A stretch of DNA of 64,000 bases from Deltaproteobacteria bacterium (GCA_026129095.1 JAHCIT010000003.1:310001-374000); one strand, 5' to 3'. Shown: positions 11,429 to 21,315, counted from the first letter of the stretch. Notes: a model not told the origin generated them from the sequence alone. Numbers and translations: made by a program.

Positions 11429-13111
11429 GTGCCCCGACTGGTATTCGCAAGCGACCCGAAACGGGTATTCGACATCACCAAGGACATCATCTCCATCGGG
11501 CGCATGCCGGAGAACGATATCGAGATCAACGATTCGATGATCTCCCGCCGACACATCGAAATCCGCCGGGAAGGCGGCGGATGGATGCTCTATGACAACA
11601 ACTCTCTGAACGGGACCTTCGTCAATGGTGACCGTGTGCAGAAAACGGTTCTCCGCGCCGGCGACGTGGTGACGGTCGGACGCGAGAAGCTCACCTTCGA
11701 GGATACCACCGAACCGTCCGCGCCCAAGGTTCCGGACGAACTGTTCGACGCATCGGTACCGGCAGCCAGTCCGGCTACAGGGCCGAATGCCCCGAAGTCT
11801 CCGGGCGAGGTCGTGCTTTCCATCGACAAGGTGAACGATATCTACGGCATGAGCCGCGACGGCATTGCTGTTCGCCGCCAGCCGCCGCCGGCAGCGCAGG
11901 ACAAGTCCCGCCATTTCTATATCCTGTACCAGATCGGACGGCTGATTAACGCGAACAACGACCTCGACGATCTCCTCGCCACGGCGCTCCAGCTCATTTT
12001 CGAGGTCATCAACGCCGACCGCGGCGCGATTTTCCTTGTGGACGCAAAAGGCCCGCCAGTCATCAGGACCTGGCGGAACCGCGCCCAGGGTTCCCAGGCC
12101 GAACAGTTCCGCGTGAGCCGGACGATCCTGGACAAGGTAATCGGCGAGCGGATCAGCATCCTCACCTCGGATGCCAAGTACGATCCCCGGTTCGAGGCCG
12201 GCGAATCCATCGCCCAGTTCGCCATCCGGTCGGCCCTCTGCGTCCCCGTCTGGGAACGGTCGGAAATCTCCGGCGCCATCTATCTGGACAATGTCGAGGC
12301 GAGCGCCTTTTCAGAGAACGACCTGGAACTGCTGACCGCCATCGCCAACCAGGTGGCGATTGGCGTTTCAAACGTCCGCCTGACCGAGCGGCTCGCCCGC
12401 GAGGCGGTCGCCCGGACCAAGCTGGAGATGTACCACTCCCCGGACGTGGTGGAGATGCTGCTCCGCGAGGGCTCCGACGGCACCCAGATGACCTCGATCA
12501 ACGCCCAGGAGCGGGACGCCACCATCCTGTTCAGCGACATTTCCGGCTTTACGAGCATGTCCACGCGGTTCAGGGCAGCGGAAATCGCCTTCCTGCTCAA
12601 CGGCTATTTCGACGAGATGACCAAGGTGATCTTCCGCCACCGCGGCTCGATCAACAAGTTCATCGGCGATGCCATCATGGCCCTCTGGGGCGCGCCGCTG
12701 GCGCATGCCGGAGACCCCGCGCTGGCCGTCGCCTCCGCCATCGGCATGTTGCAGCGGCTTGACGCCTACATGCAGCACGTGGACGAATCCAAGCGGTTCA
12801 AGATACGGATCGGCATCAACACCGGACCGGTGATCGCCGGGAACATCGGCTCCACCAAGCGGATGGAATACACCGTCATCGGTGACACCGTGAACACCGC
12901 CCAGCGGCTTGAGAGCGTCGCTCCCAAGAACGGCATCCTCATCGGCGAAAGCACCGCCAACCGCGTGAAACACCTCTACCGGCTGAAAGACGTGGGACTC
13001 CTCAAGCTCAAGGGCAAGGAAGGCGGCACCCGAGCCTATGAAGTCCTCTGGCAGGAAATGGCCCAGCTTCCGAGCGTGCTGGAAAGCTCCGAGATCCTGA
13101 AGCGGCTATAG
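11429..13111 (+). CDS. FHA-GAF-class III adenylate cyclase
   Basis: FHA (IGR..ISRRH..SLNGTFVNG), GAF (IRSALCVP, GAIYLDN, F..DLELL), cyclase (FSDISGFT, KFIGDAIM, YTVIGDTVNTAQRLES). Confidence 0.92.
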   Translation: MPRLVFASDPKRVFDITKDIISIGRMPENDIEINDSMISRRHIEIRREGGGWMLYDNNSLNGTFVNGDRVQKTVLRAGDVVTVGREKLTFEDTTEPSAPKVPDELFDASVPAASPATGPNAPKSPGEVVLSIDKVNDIYGMSRDGIAVRRQPPPAAQDKSRHFYILYQIGRLINANNDLDDLLATALQLIFEVINADRGAIFLVDAKGPPVIRTWRNRAQGSQAEQFRVSRTILDKVIGERISILTSDAKYDPRFEAGESIAQFAIRSALCVPVWERSEISGAIYLDNVEASAFSENDLELLTAIANQVAIGVSNVRLTERLAREAVARTKLEMYHSPDVVEMLLREGSDGTQMTSINAQERDATILFSDISGFTSMSTRFRAAEIAFLLNGYFDEMTKVIFRHRGSINKFIGDAIMALWGAPLAHAGDPALAVASAIGMLQRLDAYMQHVDESKRFKIRIGINTGPVIAGNIGSTKRMEYTVIGDTVNTAQRLESVAPKNGILIGESTANRVKHLYRLKDVGLLKLKGKEGGTRAYEVLWQEMAQLPSVLESSEILKRL

Positions 13112-13144
13112 CACGATTTACAAAGTTGATAGAGCCCATCAATC

Positions 13145-13870
13145 TCAACTTTTAGGCTCTTCTAACTCTCCGAACATCGCGGCCACAAATGTTCTCACTA
13201 TGGCGGGAACATCCTCATCTGGCGGACGGAAGTGGCAGTCGTGGTGTTTTAGCAAAAACCTGATGCACTCAATATCCTTACACATCTGATCCGCTATCTG
13301 TACCAAATCGGAGATATCGACCCCTCTCTGCATGATTTGCTTGCCAGTCGGCATCTGTTCAAACGGATGTGCACTTATGTTCCGGAAATTGCGGATATCC
13401 GCAAATCGGTTCGTGAATTTTTGCAATAAATTATCGACATCCTTTTTAGTTGCTCCTCTGCACTCAGTCGTTGTTCCACTGTGCCCAGCCGTTCCGAACA
13501 GTTCTTGGAACTTCGATCTGCACGCCTCAGCGATCAACTTCCTATGTGGGGGTGGCACCTCACCATAAATGGCCTTATCCGGAATCTCGTCTTCAGATTT
13601 GCACCTTAATATCTGCGGGTTAGCCCGCAATTTATTGAATAGCCCGACCTCAAGACTTTTCTGGAGCGATGCAAGGTGGATAAAAAGTTGTGCATAGGAA
13701 TCCCAAAACATGAAAAAGAGCATGTTGCTGGCAACTGGTTTTCCTTCGTAGGCCCGAAGCTGGAGGAAACACTCCTGAATGTAATGAAGCCGATGGCGAA
13801 CCCGAATAAAGCGCCTTTCGAACTCGTCGATATCATGATACAACTCATTCACAAGTTCGGCAGCAGGCAT
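13145..13870 (-). CDS. Putative HEPN-domain protein (AbiU2-like), AT-richer than its neighbours
   Basis: ATG 13870 lies 2 nt after the qor stop; helical protein with RxxxxH motif 'FRNISAH'. Confidence 0.6.
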   Translation of the reverse strand: MPAAELVNELYHDIDEFERRFIRVRHRLHYIQECFLQLRAYEGKPVASNMLFFMFWDSYAQLFIHLASLQKSLEVGLFNKLRANPQILRCKSEDEIPDKAIYGEVPPPHRKLIAEACRSKFQELFGTAGHSGTTTECRGATKKDVDNLLQKFTNRFADIRNFRNISAHPFEQMPTGKQIMQRGVDISDLVQIADQMCKDIECIRFLLKHHDCHFRPPDEDVPAIVRTFVAAMFGELEEPKS

Positions 13871-13872
13871 TC

Positions 13873-14850
13873 CTACCCCATCACCAGCACCGATTTTCCG
13901 AGCACCTTGCGCCCCCCGAGGTCGGCGAGTCCCTCGACCGCCTTTTCGAGCGGGTAGGTCTTGTGAACGGCCGGCCTGATCTTCCCGGCCGAATACAGGT
14001 CGAACAGTTCCTTCTGGGCCTCCCCGACGAGCGCCGGATTGTGCTTGCGGTATTCGCCCCAGTGGAGCCCCACGACGGCGATGTTCTTGAGCAGTATCCG
14101 GTTCGCCTGGATGGACGGTATCCTTCCGCCCGCGAAACCAATCACCAGCAGCCTCCCCTCGAAGGCAATGCACTTGGTGGAAAGATCAAAGATATCGCCA
14201 CCCACAGGATCGTAGATCACGTCCGCGCCGTGACCGCCGGTGATCTCCTTCACCCGGTCCACCCACGCTCCGTCCCGGTAGTCGAGGGCCTCGTCAGCGC
14301 CCTGTTCCTTCACGAAGGCGAACTTGTCCGCCCCGCCCACGCAGGCGATCACTTTTGCCCCCATCGCCTTGCCGATCTGGACGGCGGCCGAGCCCACCCC
14401 GCCCGCCGCCGCATGGACGATCAGCCATTCGCCTGCCTTGAGATGGGCGCGATATTTCAGGGCGAAATAGGATGTCTGGTAGACGATCGGCATGGCCGCC
14501 GCCTCGGCAAATCCCATCGTGTCCGGAATCCGGTAAGCCGCGTCCGCCGGGACCACGGTTTCTTCCGCGTAGCCGCCGGTGCTCACCATCGCCATCACCC
14601 GGTCGCCCGGCCTGAACGCCGTTACCCCCGGCCCGACGGCCTCCACGGTTCCGGCCACCTCGCCTCCCGGCGTGAACGGGAACGGCGGCTTGTGCTGGTA
14701 TTTCCCCTGCACCATAAGGATATCGAAGAAGTTGAGCGCGGCCGCGCCGTTACGGATCCTGATTTCGCCTTTTCCTGGTTGCGAGGGTGCAACCTCGACG
14801 AGCTTCATCTGCGAGGGCTCGCACCACTCTGTGACCTGCCATGCCTTCAT
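13873..14850 (-). CDS. NADPH:quinone oxidoreductase (zeta-crystallin/MDR family)
   Basis: PFTPGGEVAG, HAAAGGVG, DPVGG, IGFAGG. Confidence 0.93.
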   Translation of the reverse strand: MKAWQVTEWCEPSQMKLVEVAPSQPGKGEIRIRNGAAALNFFDILMVQGKYQHKPPFPFTPGGEVAGTVEAVGPGVTAFRPGDRVMAMVSTGGYAEETVVPADAAYRIPDTMGFAEAAAMPIVYQTSYFALKYRAHLKAGEWLIVHAAAGGVGSAAVQIGKAMGAKVIACVGGADKFAFVKEQGADEALDYRDGAWVDRVKEITGGHGADVIYDPVGGDIFDLSTKCIAFEGRLLVIGFAGGRIPSIQANRILLKNIAVVGLHWGEYRKHNPALVGEAQKELFDLYSAGKIRPAVHKTYPLEKAVEGLADLGGRKVLGKSVLVMG

Positions 14851-14867
14851 GATTTCTCCTGGAACTG

Positions 14868-15803
14868 TCAGTCGCTGGCGCCAAGCTGCACCCGTATCAC
14901 GTACAAATGCTCCTCGGCCTCCTCGGATGCCCTGAGAGGCACCAGGTCTGTCACATCGAGGATGTACCGCACCTGCTTGTGGAGCACATCCAGATTGCGC
15001 ACTTCGTCGCGGATCAGCTTCGAGTCCGCATAGAAGCCACCCGACACCGCGTACCGGGACTGCCGCTTGAGACGGTCCAGGATCACCTGCTCCATCTCGG
15101 ACGGCGTGACGCTCCCCAGAATGCCCGCGTTGTCGATCCGGAACGACGGGCGGATCTCCTTCCCGGCAAATCCGATCGCCCGGAGCTGCTGGGTGAACTC
15201 GTCCAGCGCGATATAGGCCTCGATGGTCACGCCGCGCGGGGATGTTTTTTCCGAAATCTCCTTCACCGTATCCGATACGGCATCGGTCACGGCAGCCCGC
15301 CAGCCCGCCGGGAACCGGTGGAAGTCATCACGGCGGGCCCCACGCTGACCGTTGCCGAACGCCTCGGCGATGACCGTCTCGCGGGCCTTCTTCGCGTCGG
15401 CGCCGCAGGCCGTCACGTTCAGCCGCCGGGTGCCCGGATCGAGCCGGCTCACCATCACCTCGTTGGCGCACTTTTTCACCGGTACCGGTTTTGAAGGCTC
15501 GGGCGGCGGAGGTTCCGGTTCGGGCTCCGGAGGAGGAGGTGGTGGTGGTGGTGGCGGTTCCTCTACCGGGCCAAGCTTCTTCAGTACGATGGCCGGCGGC
15601 GGAGCTGGAGGTGGTGGAGGCGGAGGCTGGAGCAGCTCGCGCCAGATGGCGAAACCGGACGTCAGAAGCAGCCCCATCACCGCGAAATAGCCCGCGGGCC
15701 GGCGCGACCCTGACAGGACGGTAATCAGCACCGGAACACCGGCAAGAAGGCCGAACAGTCCGGCGTACTCGATAAACCTCAGAATAAAACCGGGGAATTC
15801 CAT
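14868..15803 (-). CDS. Hypothetical membrane protein with 2 TM and a Pro-rich linker
   Basis: ATG 15803 (MEFPGFILRF); two hydrophobic segments, poly-Pro tracts. Confidence 0.65.
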   Translation of the reverse strand: MEFPGFILRFIEYAGLFGLLAGVPVLITVLSGSRRPAGYFAVMGLLLTSGFAIWRELLQPPPPPPPAPPPAIVLKKLGPVEEPPPPPPPPPPEPEPEPPPPEPSKPVPVKKCANEVMVSRLDPGTRRLNVTACGADAKKARETVIAEAFGNGQRGARRDDFHRFPAGWRAAVTDAVSDTVKEISEKTSPRGVTIEAYIALDEFTQQLRAIGFAGKEIRPSFRIDNAGILGSVTPSEMEQVILDRLKRQSRYAVSGGFYADSKLIRDEVRNLDVLHKQVRYILDVTDLVPLRASEEAEEHLYVIRVQLGASD

Positions 15804-15961
15804 CCTGTCCCTGCCGCCGGGTGCCCCCTTTTGAGCTGAATCCCGTCCCCGGAAGCTAACACAACTTTCATGCCAATGGGGACACACCACTGGTTTATCC
15901 CGCCTTGCCTCACCGTCCCGAAGCGGCTTAAAGGAAAGACCGGAGGCCGAACACACGCATT

Positions 15962-16597
15962 ATGCAAACCCTCCTCTCGACCGGCGAACATGCCCTGCTG
16001 GCCCTGCTGGGTCTTGCCAGCTTCGCCTCGCTGGCGATCTTCATCGAACGGTTCGTTTACCTGCGCGCCGCCACCTTCGATGGCCGCCGCGAACTGGACC
16101 GTCTGAACGAGCAGGCCAACGCCGGCACGCTGGATGCCTATGCCAGCGAGGCTGAATACCGGCTGGGCGCCGCCGGCAAGGCAGTTGCCGCCGGTATCCG
16201 GAGCAGCCATCTCGGCAAGGCTGGCGTCCGCGAGACCATCGATTCCGCCCGGGCCTTCCTGCGCCTCGATCTGGAGCGCCGGGTGGCGGTCCTGGGCACG
16301 GTCGGCAGCAATGCCCCCTTTGTCGGCCTTCTGGGAACGGTTCTCGGCATCATCCAGGCATTCCGCGACCTCGCCGCTGCCATCCACAGCGGCAGTGCGC
16401 AGCCGGGAGCCGTCATGGCCGGGATTTCGACCGCGCTCGTCGCAACGGCGGTGGGGCTTATCGTCGCCATCCCCGCCGTCATCTTCAACAACATCTGCCG
16501 CCGCCGCATCGCCCGCATCGAGCGCGAACTGGATGGCCTCGCCCATGCCGTCATCGCCCATGCGCCGGACCACCCGGCCCCCAAAAAGGGAGGCTGA
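15962..16597 (+). CDS. exbB: MotA/TolQ/ExbB proton channel
   Basis: NAPFVGLLGTVLGII, ALVATAVGLIVAIPA. Confidence 0.92.
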   Translation: MQTLLSTGEHALLALLGLASFASLAIFIERFVYLRAATFDGRRELDRLNEQANAGTLDAYASEAEYRLGAAGKAVAAGIRSSHLGKAGVRETIDSARAFLRLDLERRVAVLGTVGSNAPFVGLLGTVLGIIQAFRDLAAAIHSGSAQPGAVMAGISTALVATAVGLIVAIPAVIFNNICRRRIARIERELDGLAHAVIAHAPDHPAPKKGG

Positions 16598-16601
16598 CCC
16601 C

Positions 16602-17054
16602 GTGGCAGGCGGTACACCGGACACCGGCGACGGGATGATCGAGGAGATCAACATCGTCCCGCTGGTGGATATTGTCCTTGTGCTTCTCATTATCTTCATG
16701 CTGACGGCGAACTTCCTCGACCAGCAGGCCATCCGCATCAACCTGCCCGCTGCCGCCGCCGGAGACGGCGCCGTGCCCGGCACTTTCTCCATCGTGATCG
16801 ACGAAAGCGACCGCCTGTACCTGAACGGCGCGCCCGCCACGCCTGAAGCCATTACTGCCGAACTGGCGAAAACCGGGGGCGGTCCCGCGCAGGCGACCGT
16901 GCTGATACAGGGCGACCGCCGCGCCAGTCACGGCCGCGTGACCGAGGTGATGGGACTTCTGAAAGCGAACGGCGTCACCCGCTTCGGGATCAATCTGGAC
17001 CCCGGCGTCCAGCCGGTCCCGTCCGCGCCGCCCCAGGGAGAACCTCCGCCGTGA
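16602..17054 (+). CDS. exbD: ExbD/TolR biopolymer transport protein (GTG start)
   Basis: EINIVPLVDIVLVLLIIFM, IQGDR; GGAGG upstream. Confidence 0.92.
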   Translation: MAGGTPDTGDGMIEEINIVPLVDIVLVLLIIFMLTANFLDQQAIRINLPAAAAGDGAVPGTFSIVIDESDRLYLNGAPATPEAITAELAKTGGGPAQATVLIQGDRRASHGRVTEVMGLLKANGVTRFGINLDPGVQPVPSAPPQGEPPP

Positions 17055-17830
17055 GCGCTGCCCGTGAGCAGTTGGTACGGCCTGCGGCCATCAGCCCCCG
17101 GAGGCTCCTTCTGGCGAGCCTCGCCATTTCAGCCGCTGTTCATGCCGCCGTGCTGGGGCCCATGATCAGCAGCTTCGGTGAAACCACCTACTCCGCCAGG
17201 CCGCCCGAACTGGTGCTCGTGGAACTGCTGCCCGATGCTCCCGCGCCAGTTCCGTCAGAACCGGGCGCCGACGAGCCACTGATCACCACCGTCAGCCCTG
17301 TCCCGGAAGCACCTCCGCCGCCCTCGCGCAGTGCGGTGGCCGCAGCCACCGGCGCGACACCGGTCAAGTTCGGCGTTGCGCCGGAAAGCCTGAATCCCCT
17401 GCCGGAGACCGGCGCTGCCGAAGCACCCGCCGGGAACACGCTGGCCGTTCCGCCCGATACCGGCCGTGATATTCCGCCAACGGACGCGCTCGCCTACTCC
17501 GGCGGCGGCGTTCCCACCACCGAACCGCCCGCCTTTGCATCCCTGTCGTCAGTCACCGAATTCCCCCGCTTTCTCGACTTCGCCCCGCCCCGCTACCCCG
17601 AGGCTGCCCGCCGGAGCGGACACGAAGCGATCGTGCGGATCGAGGTGGACATTGCGCCGGACGGCTCGGTCATCGCCGCCAGGCCGGCGGCGGGCGAGGC
17701 GGCCGACCCGCTCTTTGTCGAAAGCGCCCTTCGCTCGGTCCGTGCGGCCCGGTTCAGCCCGGCCCGCATTGGCACGAGACCGGTCGCCGTCCGCGCCACC
17801 CTTCCCGTCAAATTCCAGCTCAGGAACTGA
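17051..17830 (+). CDS. tonB: TonB family energy transducer
   Basis: SAAVH TM, Pro-rich linker, PRYPEAARR..FSPA..PVKFQL. Confidence 0.88.
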   Translation: MSAAREQLVRPAAISPRRLLLASLAISAAVHAAVLGPMISSFGETTYSARPPELVLVELLPDAPAPVPSEPGADEPLITTVSPVPEAPPPPSRSAVAAATGATPVKFGVAPESLNPLPETGAAEAPAGNTLAVPPDTGRDIPPTDALAYSGGGVPTTEPPAFASLSSVTEFPRFLDFAPPRYPEAARRSGHEAIVRIEVDIAPDGSVIAARPAAGEAADPLFVESALRSVRAARFSPARIGTRPVAVRATLPVKFQLRN

Positions 17831-17839
17831 AAAGCCCCC

Positions 17840-19651
17840 GTGAACCGAACCCCTCCGCCTCCGGCACATCCCTCTGATCTGGCTTCACCTCCAGTGACCG
17901 GTCGCGGACTCCGGTCCTTCGGCCGGCGAACCCGGGACCGGATACTCGAATCGCCCGAGTTCGGCGCCCTGGTCGTGGGCGCTGCGGTCGGCCTGCTCGC
18001 CATCGCCTTTACCGAGGCCACCCACGGCCTGCGCGAACTGGTCATCATGGCCGCCTCGCCGGACGGGACCTGGGGACTGCCGGGTCTCATCTCGCTCGTC
18101 GCCATCACCGCCACCGGCTGCGCCGTCGCGACAGCGATCGGCGCCTGGCTGCTCGGCGAGGCCGCCACCGGCGGGATCAATGTCGCCATCGCCCGTTATC
18201 ACGATGGCAAGCGGCTGAAGACCCGCACACTCTGGCACAAGTTCATCCAGTCGGTGCTCGCCCTGGGGAGCGGCAGCGCCGGCGGCGGCGAAGGCCCCAT
18301 CGGCTACATGGGCGCTGCCGTCGGGGCCACTGTCATCAAGTTCATGCGGCTTCCGCCACTTCCCCGCCGGGCCCTGCTGGCCGCCGGCATGGGCGCCGGC
18401 ATCGCCTCGCTCTTCAAGGCGCCCATCGCCGGCGCGATTTTTGCTGCCGAAGTCCTGTACCGGTCCATGGGCATCGAGGCCCGCGTCCTGTTTGTGTCGG
18501 TCCCCGCCTCGATCGCCGCCTTCTGTGTTTACGCGACGGCATACGGCTTTGGCCCTGCCCTGCCGCTCGACGCCCAGCCGTTCGACCATCCATCCGAACT
18601 GATCGGTTATGCGCTGCTCGGGGCCGCCTGTGCTGTCACGGGCCGCTTCTTTCACGGGCTGATCCACAAGGTCCAGAAATATGCGGGAGACTCGTGGCGA
18701 CGTACCGGAATCTCCCTCGCAGGAGGGCTTTGCCTCGGGACCACCGTCGCCCTGATTATCCAGTCGGGAATAAACCCTGAAAAAGCGCTTGCCCTGCTGG
18801 GCGACGGCTACCAGCTGTTCCGGGCCGGTGCTGTCGATCCCCACCTGGACAATGCGCTCATTCTGCTCGCGGCCGTGCTCGGGCTCAGGATCATCTTCTC
18901 CGCCATCGGAATCGGCACGGCCACCGGGATCGGGGATTTTGCTCCCGCCGTGACGATCGGAGGCCTGCTGGGTGCGCTCGTCTCCACCGCCATCGGCACG
19001 CTCTATCCGCCTTTCGCCCCGCCCGTCGCGGCAAGCGCCGTCGTCGGAATGGCGGCCTTCTATGGCGGTCTCTCCCGGGCCCCCCTGTCGGGTGTCCTGC
19101 TCGTGTCCGAAGTCACGGGGCGTTACACGCTGATGATCCCCGCCCTGTGGACGACGTTCATCACCTTCCGGCTTCTCGGCAACACATCGTTTTATTCCGC
19201 CCAGAAGGACCGGCCCGAGTCGGCCGAGGATATCTGGCTCAAGCCAACCGGAGAGGACCTGCCCGTGCGCGACGCGCTCCCCGTGAGCGCCGCCACCATA
19301 CCGGTGCTCGATCCCGGGGAACCCGCCACGCGGCTAATCCTCATGCTGGCCCCGATCGCCCTCGTGAAGGGGAAGGACGACCCGCCGGACTCCGCGCTCC
19401 GGTTCCTGCTGTCCAACGATATTCTGCACTATCCCATTGGCAGTGCCGCCATTGATCTCGCGCTGGCCGGTGCGCTGGCCCGCACCGACCTGCATCCCGT
19501 GGCCGAGGACGACTCCCTCTCCACCGCGTTTGCCCTCATGCTCCGCGACGGTGTGAACGCCATCCCGGTCATCCGCAAGGACGGGACTTTTACGGCTCTC
19601 ACCCGGGATGAAATACTCCTGCATCTGAAGGTCCGCCCCCCTGCAGACTGA
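17840..19651 (+). CDS. ClC-family chloride channel/antiporter with degenerate CBS tail
   Basis: GGEGP, FKAPIAGAIFAAEVLY, FAPAVTIGG, VVGMAAF. Confidence 0.9.
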   Translation: MNRTPPPPAHPSDLASPPVTGRGLRSFGRRTRDRILESPEFGALVVGAAVGLLAIAFTEATHGLRELVIMAASPDGTWGLPGLISLVAITATGCAVATAIGAWLLGEAATGGINVAIARYHDGKRLKTRTLWHKFIQSVLALGSGSAGGGEGPIGYMGAAVGATVIKFMRLPPLPRRALLAAGMGAGIASLFKAPIAGAIFAAEVLYRSMGIEARVLFVSVPASIAAFCVYATAYGFGPALPLDAQPFDHPSELIGYALLGAACAVTGRFFHGLIHKVQKYAGDSWRRTGISLAGGLCLGTTVALIIQSGINPEKALALLGDGYQLFRAGAVDPHLDNALILLAAVLGLRIIFSAIGIGTATGIGDFAPAVTIGGLLGALVSTAIGTLYPPFAPPVAASAVVGMAAFYGGLSRAPLSGVLLVSEVTGRYTLMIPALWTTFITFRLLGNTSFYSAQKDRPESAEDIWLKPTGEDLPVRDALPVSAATIPVLDPGEPATRLILMLAPIALVKGKDDPPDSALRFLLSNDILHYPIGSAAIDLALAGALARTDLHPVAEDDSLSTAFALMLRDGVNAIPVIRKDGTFTALTRDEILLHLKVRPPAD

Positions 19652-19705
19652 CACGACGGGCAACGGAGCCCAGTTGTGGCCCCCCGTGCCGGGTGCTATG
19701 GCGGA

Positions 19706-20536
19706 ATGGCTGAAGTGCTTATGACTGCCGGAACCGAAGAACAGTTCGAGAGCGAGTTCGACTACGACCTTGAGCTTCCGCTCTTTGAAGGGCCGCTCGA
19801 CCTGCTGCTTCACCTCGTCCAGAAAAGCCGCGTCAACATCTTCGACATCCGGATTTCGCTCATCACCGAGCAGTATCTCGAGTACATCGAGCTGATGAAG
19901 GAGCTCAATATCGACATGGCGGGCGAGTTCCTCGCCATGGCGGCCGAACTCGCCCGCATCAAGTCGAAAATGCTGATTCCCGTGGAAGACACCGGTGAGG
20001 AGGCCGAGGCGGAGCCCCCTTGGGCCGAACTCCAGCGGCGGCTGATCGAATACCAGCGGTTCAAGGAAGCGGCCATCGAACTGGGCAAGCGGGATATTCT
20101 GGGCCGCGATACCTTCACCCGCGAACTGCCCGTCGAGGAAAAGCTCCCGCCCGGCGAGGAGACCATCGAGCCGGTCGAGTTCATGGGCCTGTTGCGCGCA
20201 TTCAAGAAGGTTCTGGAGCGGCTGCCAGAAGCCAACCTCAAGGAAGTCGCCCGCGAGGAGATCACGATCCGGGCCCGCGTCATGCAGCTGATTGACGGGC
20301 TGAGGTCCGGCGGCCGGCGCCAGTTCACCTCGCTGTTCGCCGGCGACCGGAACCGCCAGCAGGTGGTCATCACTTTCCTCGCCATCCTGGAACTGGCACG
20401 CCTCCGCATGGTCCGCATCGAGCAGGGTGCCGGCGAGGACGAATTCTGGATCGACCCGCGTGAAACCCTGGATGCGGAGCACGCACAGGCTGCACTGGGC
20501 AATACCGAGGAAGAAGGCGGCGGATACCGTGGCTAG
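19706..20536 (+). CDS. scpA: Segregation and condensation protein A
   Basis: FEGPLDLLLHLV, GEFLAMAA, ITFLAILEL. Confidence 0.95.
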   Translation: MAEVLMTAGTEEQFESEFDYDLELPLFEGPLDLLLHLVQKSRVNIFDIRISLITEQYLEYIELMKELNIDMAGEFLAMAAELARIKSKMLIPVEDTGEEAEAEPPWAELQRRLIEYQRFKEAAIELGKRDILGRDTFTRELPVEEKLPPGEETIEPVEFMGLLRAFKKVLERLPEANLKEVAREEITIRARVMQLIDGLRSGGRRQFTSLFAGDRNRQQVVITFLAILELARLRMVRIEQGAGEDEFWIDPRETLDAEHAQAALGNTEEEGGGYRG

Positions 20537-21302
20537 GAAAAACGAGCAGGAAGAGACCGGAACCGTGACGGAGGGGGGCGACAACCCCGCGCCGCGCCAG
20601 AAGCTGCCGCCTGAACGGCTGCGGTCGGTCGTGGAAAGCCTCCTGTTCGTGAACGGCCGCCCGCTCCGGGCCTCCGACCTCGCGGCCGCCATTCCGGAAA
20701 CGACGAAGAAGGAACTTGAAAAGCTGCTCGCCCAGTGGGCGAAGGAAGAACCCGGCGAGGGCCGGGGCGTGCAGATCGTGGCCGTCGCGGGCGGCTATCA
20801 GGTCCGCACGATACCGGAGAACGCCGCCTGGATCCGCCGGCTGTCGGGCACCCGGCTGTTCCGCCTGACCCAGCCTTCCCTCGAAACGCTCGCCATCGTC
20901 GCCTACAAGCAGCCCGTGACCCGGGCCGAGATCGACGAGGTCCGCGGGGTCGATTCGGGTGCCGTGATCCGGGCGCTTCAGGAGCGCAAGTTCATCCGCG
21001 CCGTCGGCACCAAGGACGTCCCCGGCCACCCCGAACTGCTGGGCACCACGGCCGAATTCCTGGAGTTCTTCGGCCTCGAATCCCTGGAACAGATGCCGCC
21101 GCTCAAGGAAATCCTCGAACAGAAGTCCGAGGAAATCACCGAGAACGTCCCCGATGGGCCCTTCGCCGCCCACACGACGAGCCAAGGGCTCTCGTTCGCC
21201 GACCTCGAAGCCCGCCTTCCGCCCCCGCCCCTTGAGGACGACGAGATGGACGACATCCCCGACGTTCCCAAGACCAGCGTGGACGACGCGGGGAAGGTGT
21301 GA
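20529..21302 (+). CDS. scpB: Segregation and condensation protein B (GTG start overlapping scpA)
   Basis: ESLLF, LETLAIVAYKQPVTRAEIDEVRGV, TTAEFLEFFGL. Confidence 0.95.
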   Translation: MARKNEQEETGTVTEGGDNPAPRQKLPPERLRSVVESLLFVNGRPLRASDLAAAIPETTKKELEKLLAQWAKEEPGEGRGVQIVAVAGGYQVRTIPENAAWIRRLSGTRLFRLTQPSLETLAIVAYKQPVTRAEIDEVRGVDSGAVIRALQERKFIRAVGTKDVPGHPELLGTTAEFLEFFGLESLEQMPPLKEILEQKSEEITENVPDGPFAAHTTSQGLSFADLEARLPPPPLEDDEMDDIPDVPKTSVDDAGKV

Positions 21303-21315
21303 AGTCCCGCCCCCG

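Noticed and set aside
11429-13870. Cyclase plus HEPN as a Pycsar/CBASS-like system
   Set aside because: The genes are convergent and differ in composition; the cyclase is an FHA-GAF signalling type; the HEPN-like protein shows no nucleotide-sensor domain.
13871-14173. N-terminal extensions in the ORF track (also 32430-32627, 44938-45345, 16134-16601)
   Set aside because: They overlap neighbouring genes; downstream starts with RBS or translational coupling fit better.
15500-15630. GGT/GGA trinucleotide runs as a phase-variation repeat
   Set aside because: In-frame mixed codons encoding a poly-Pro linker.
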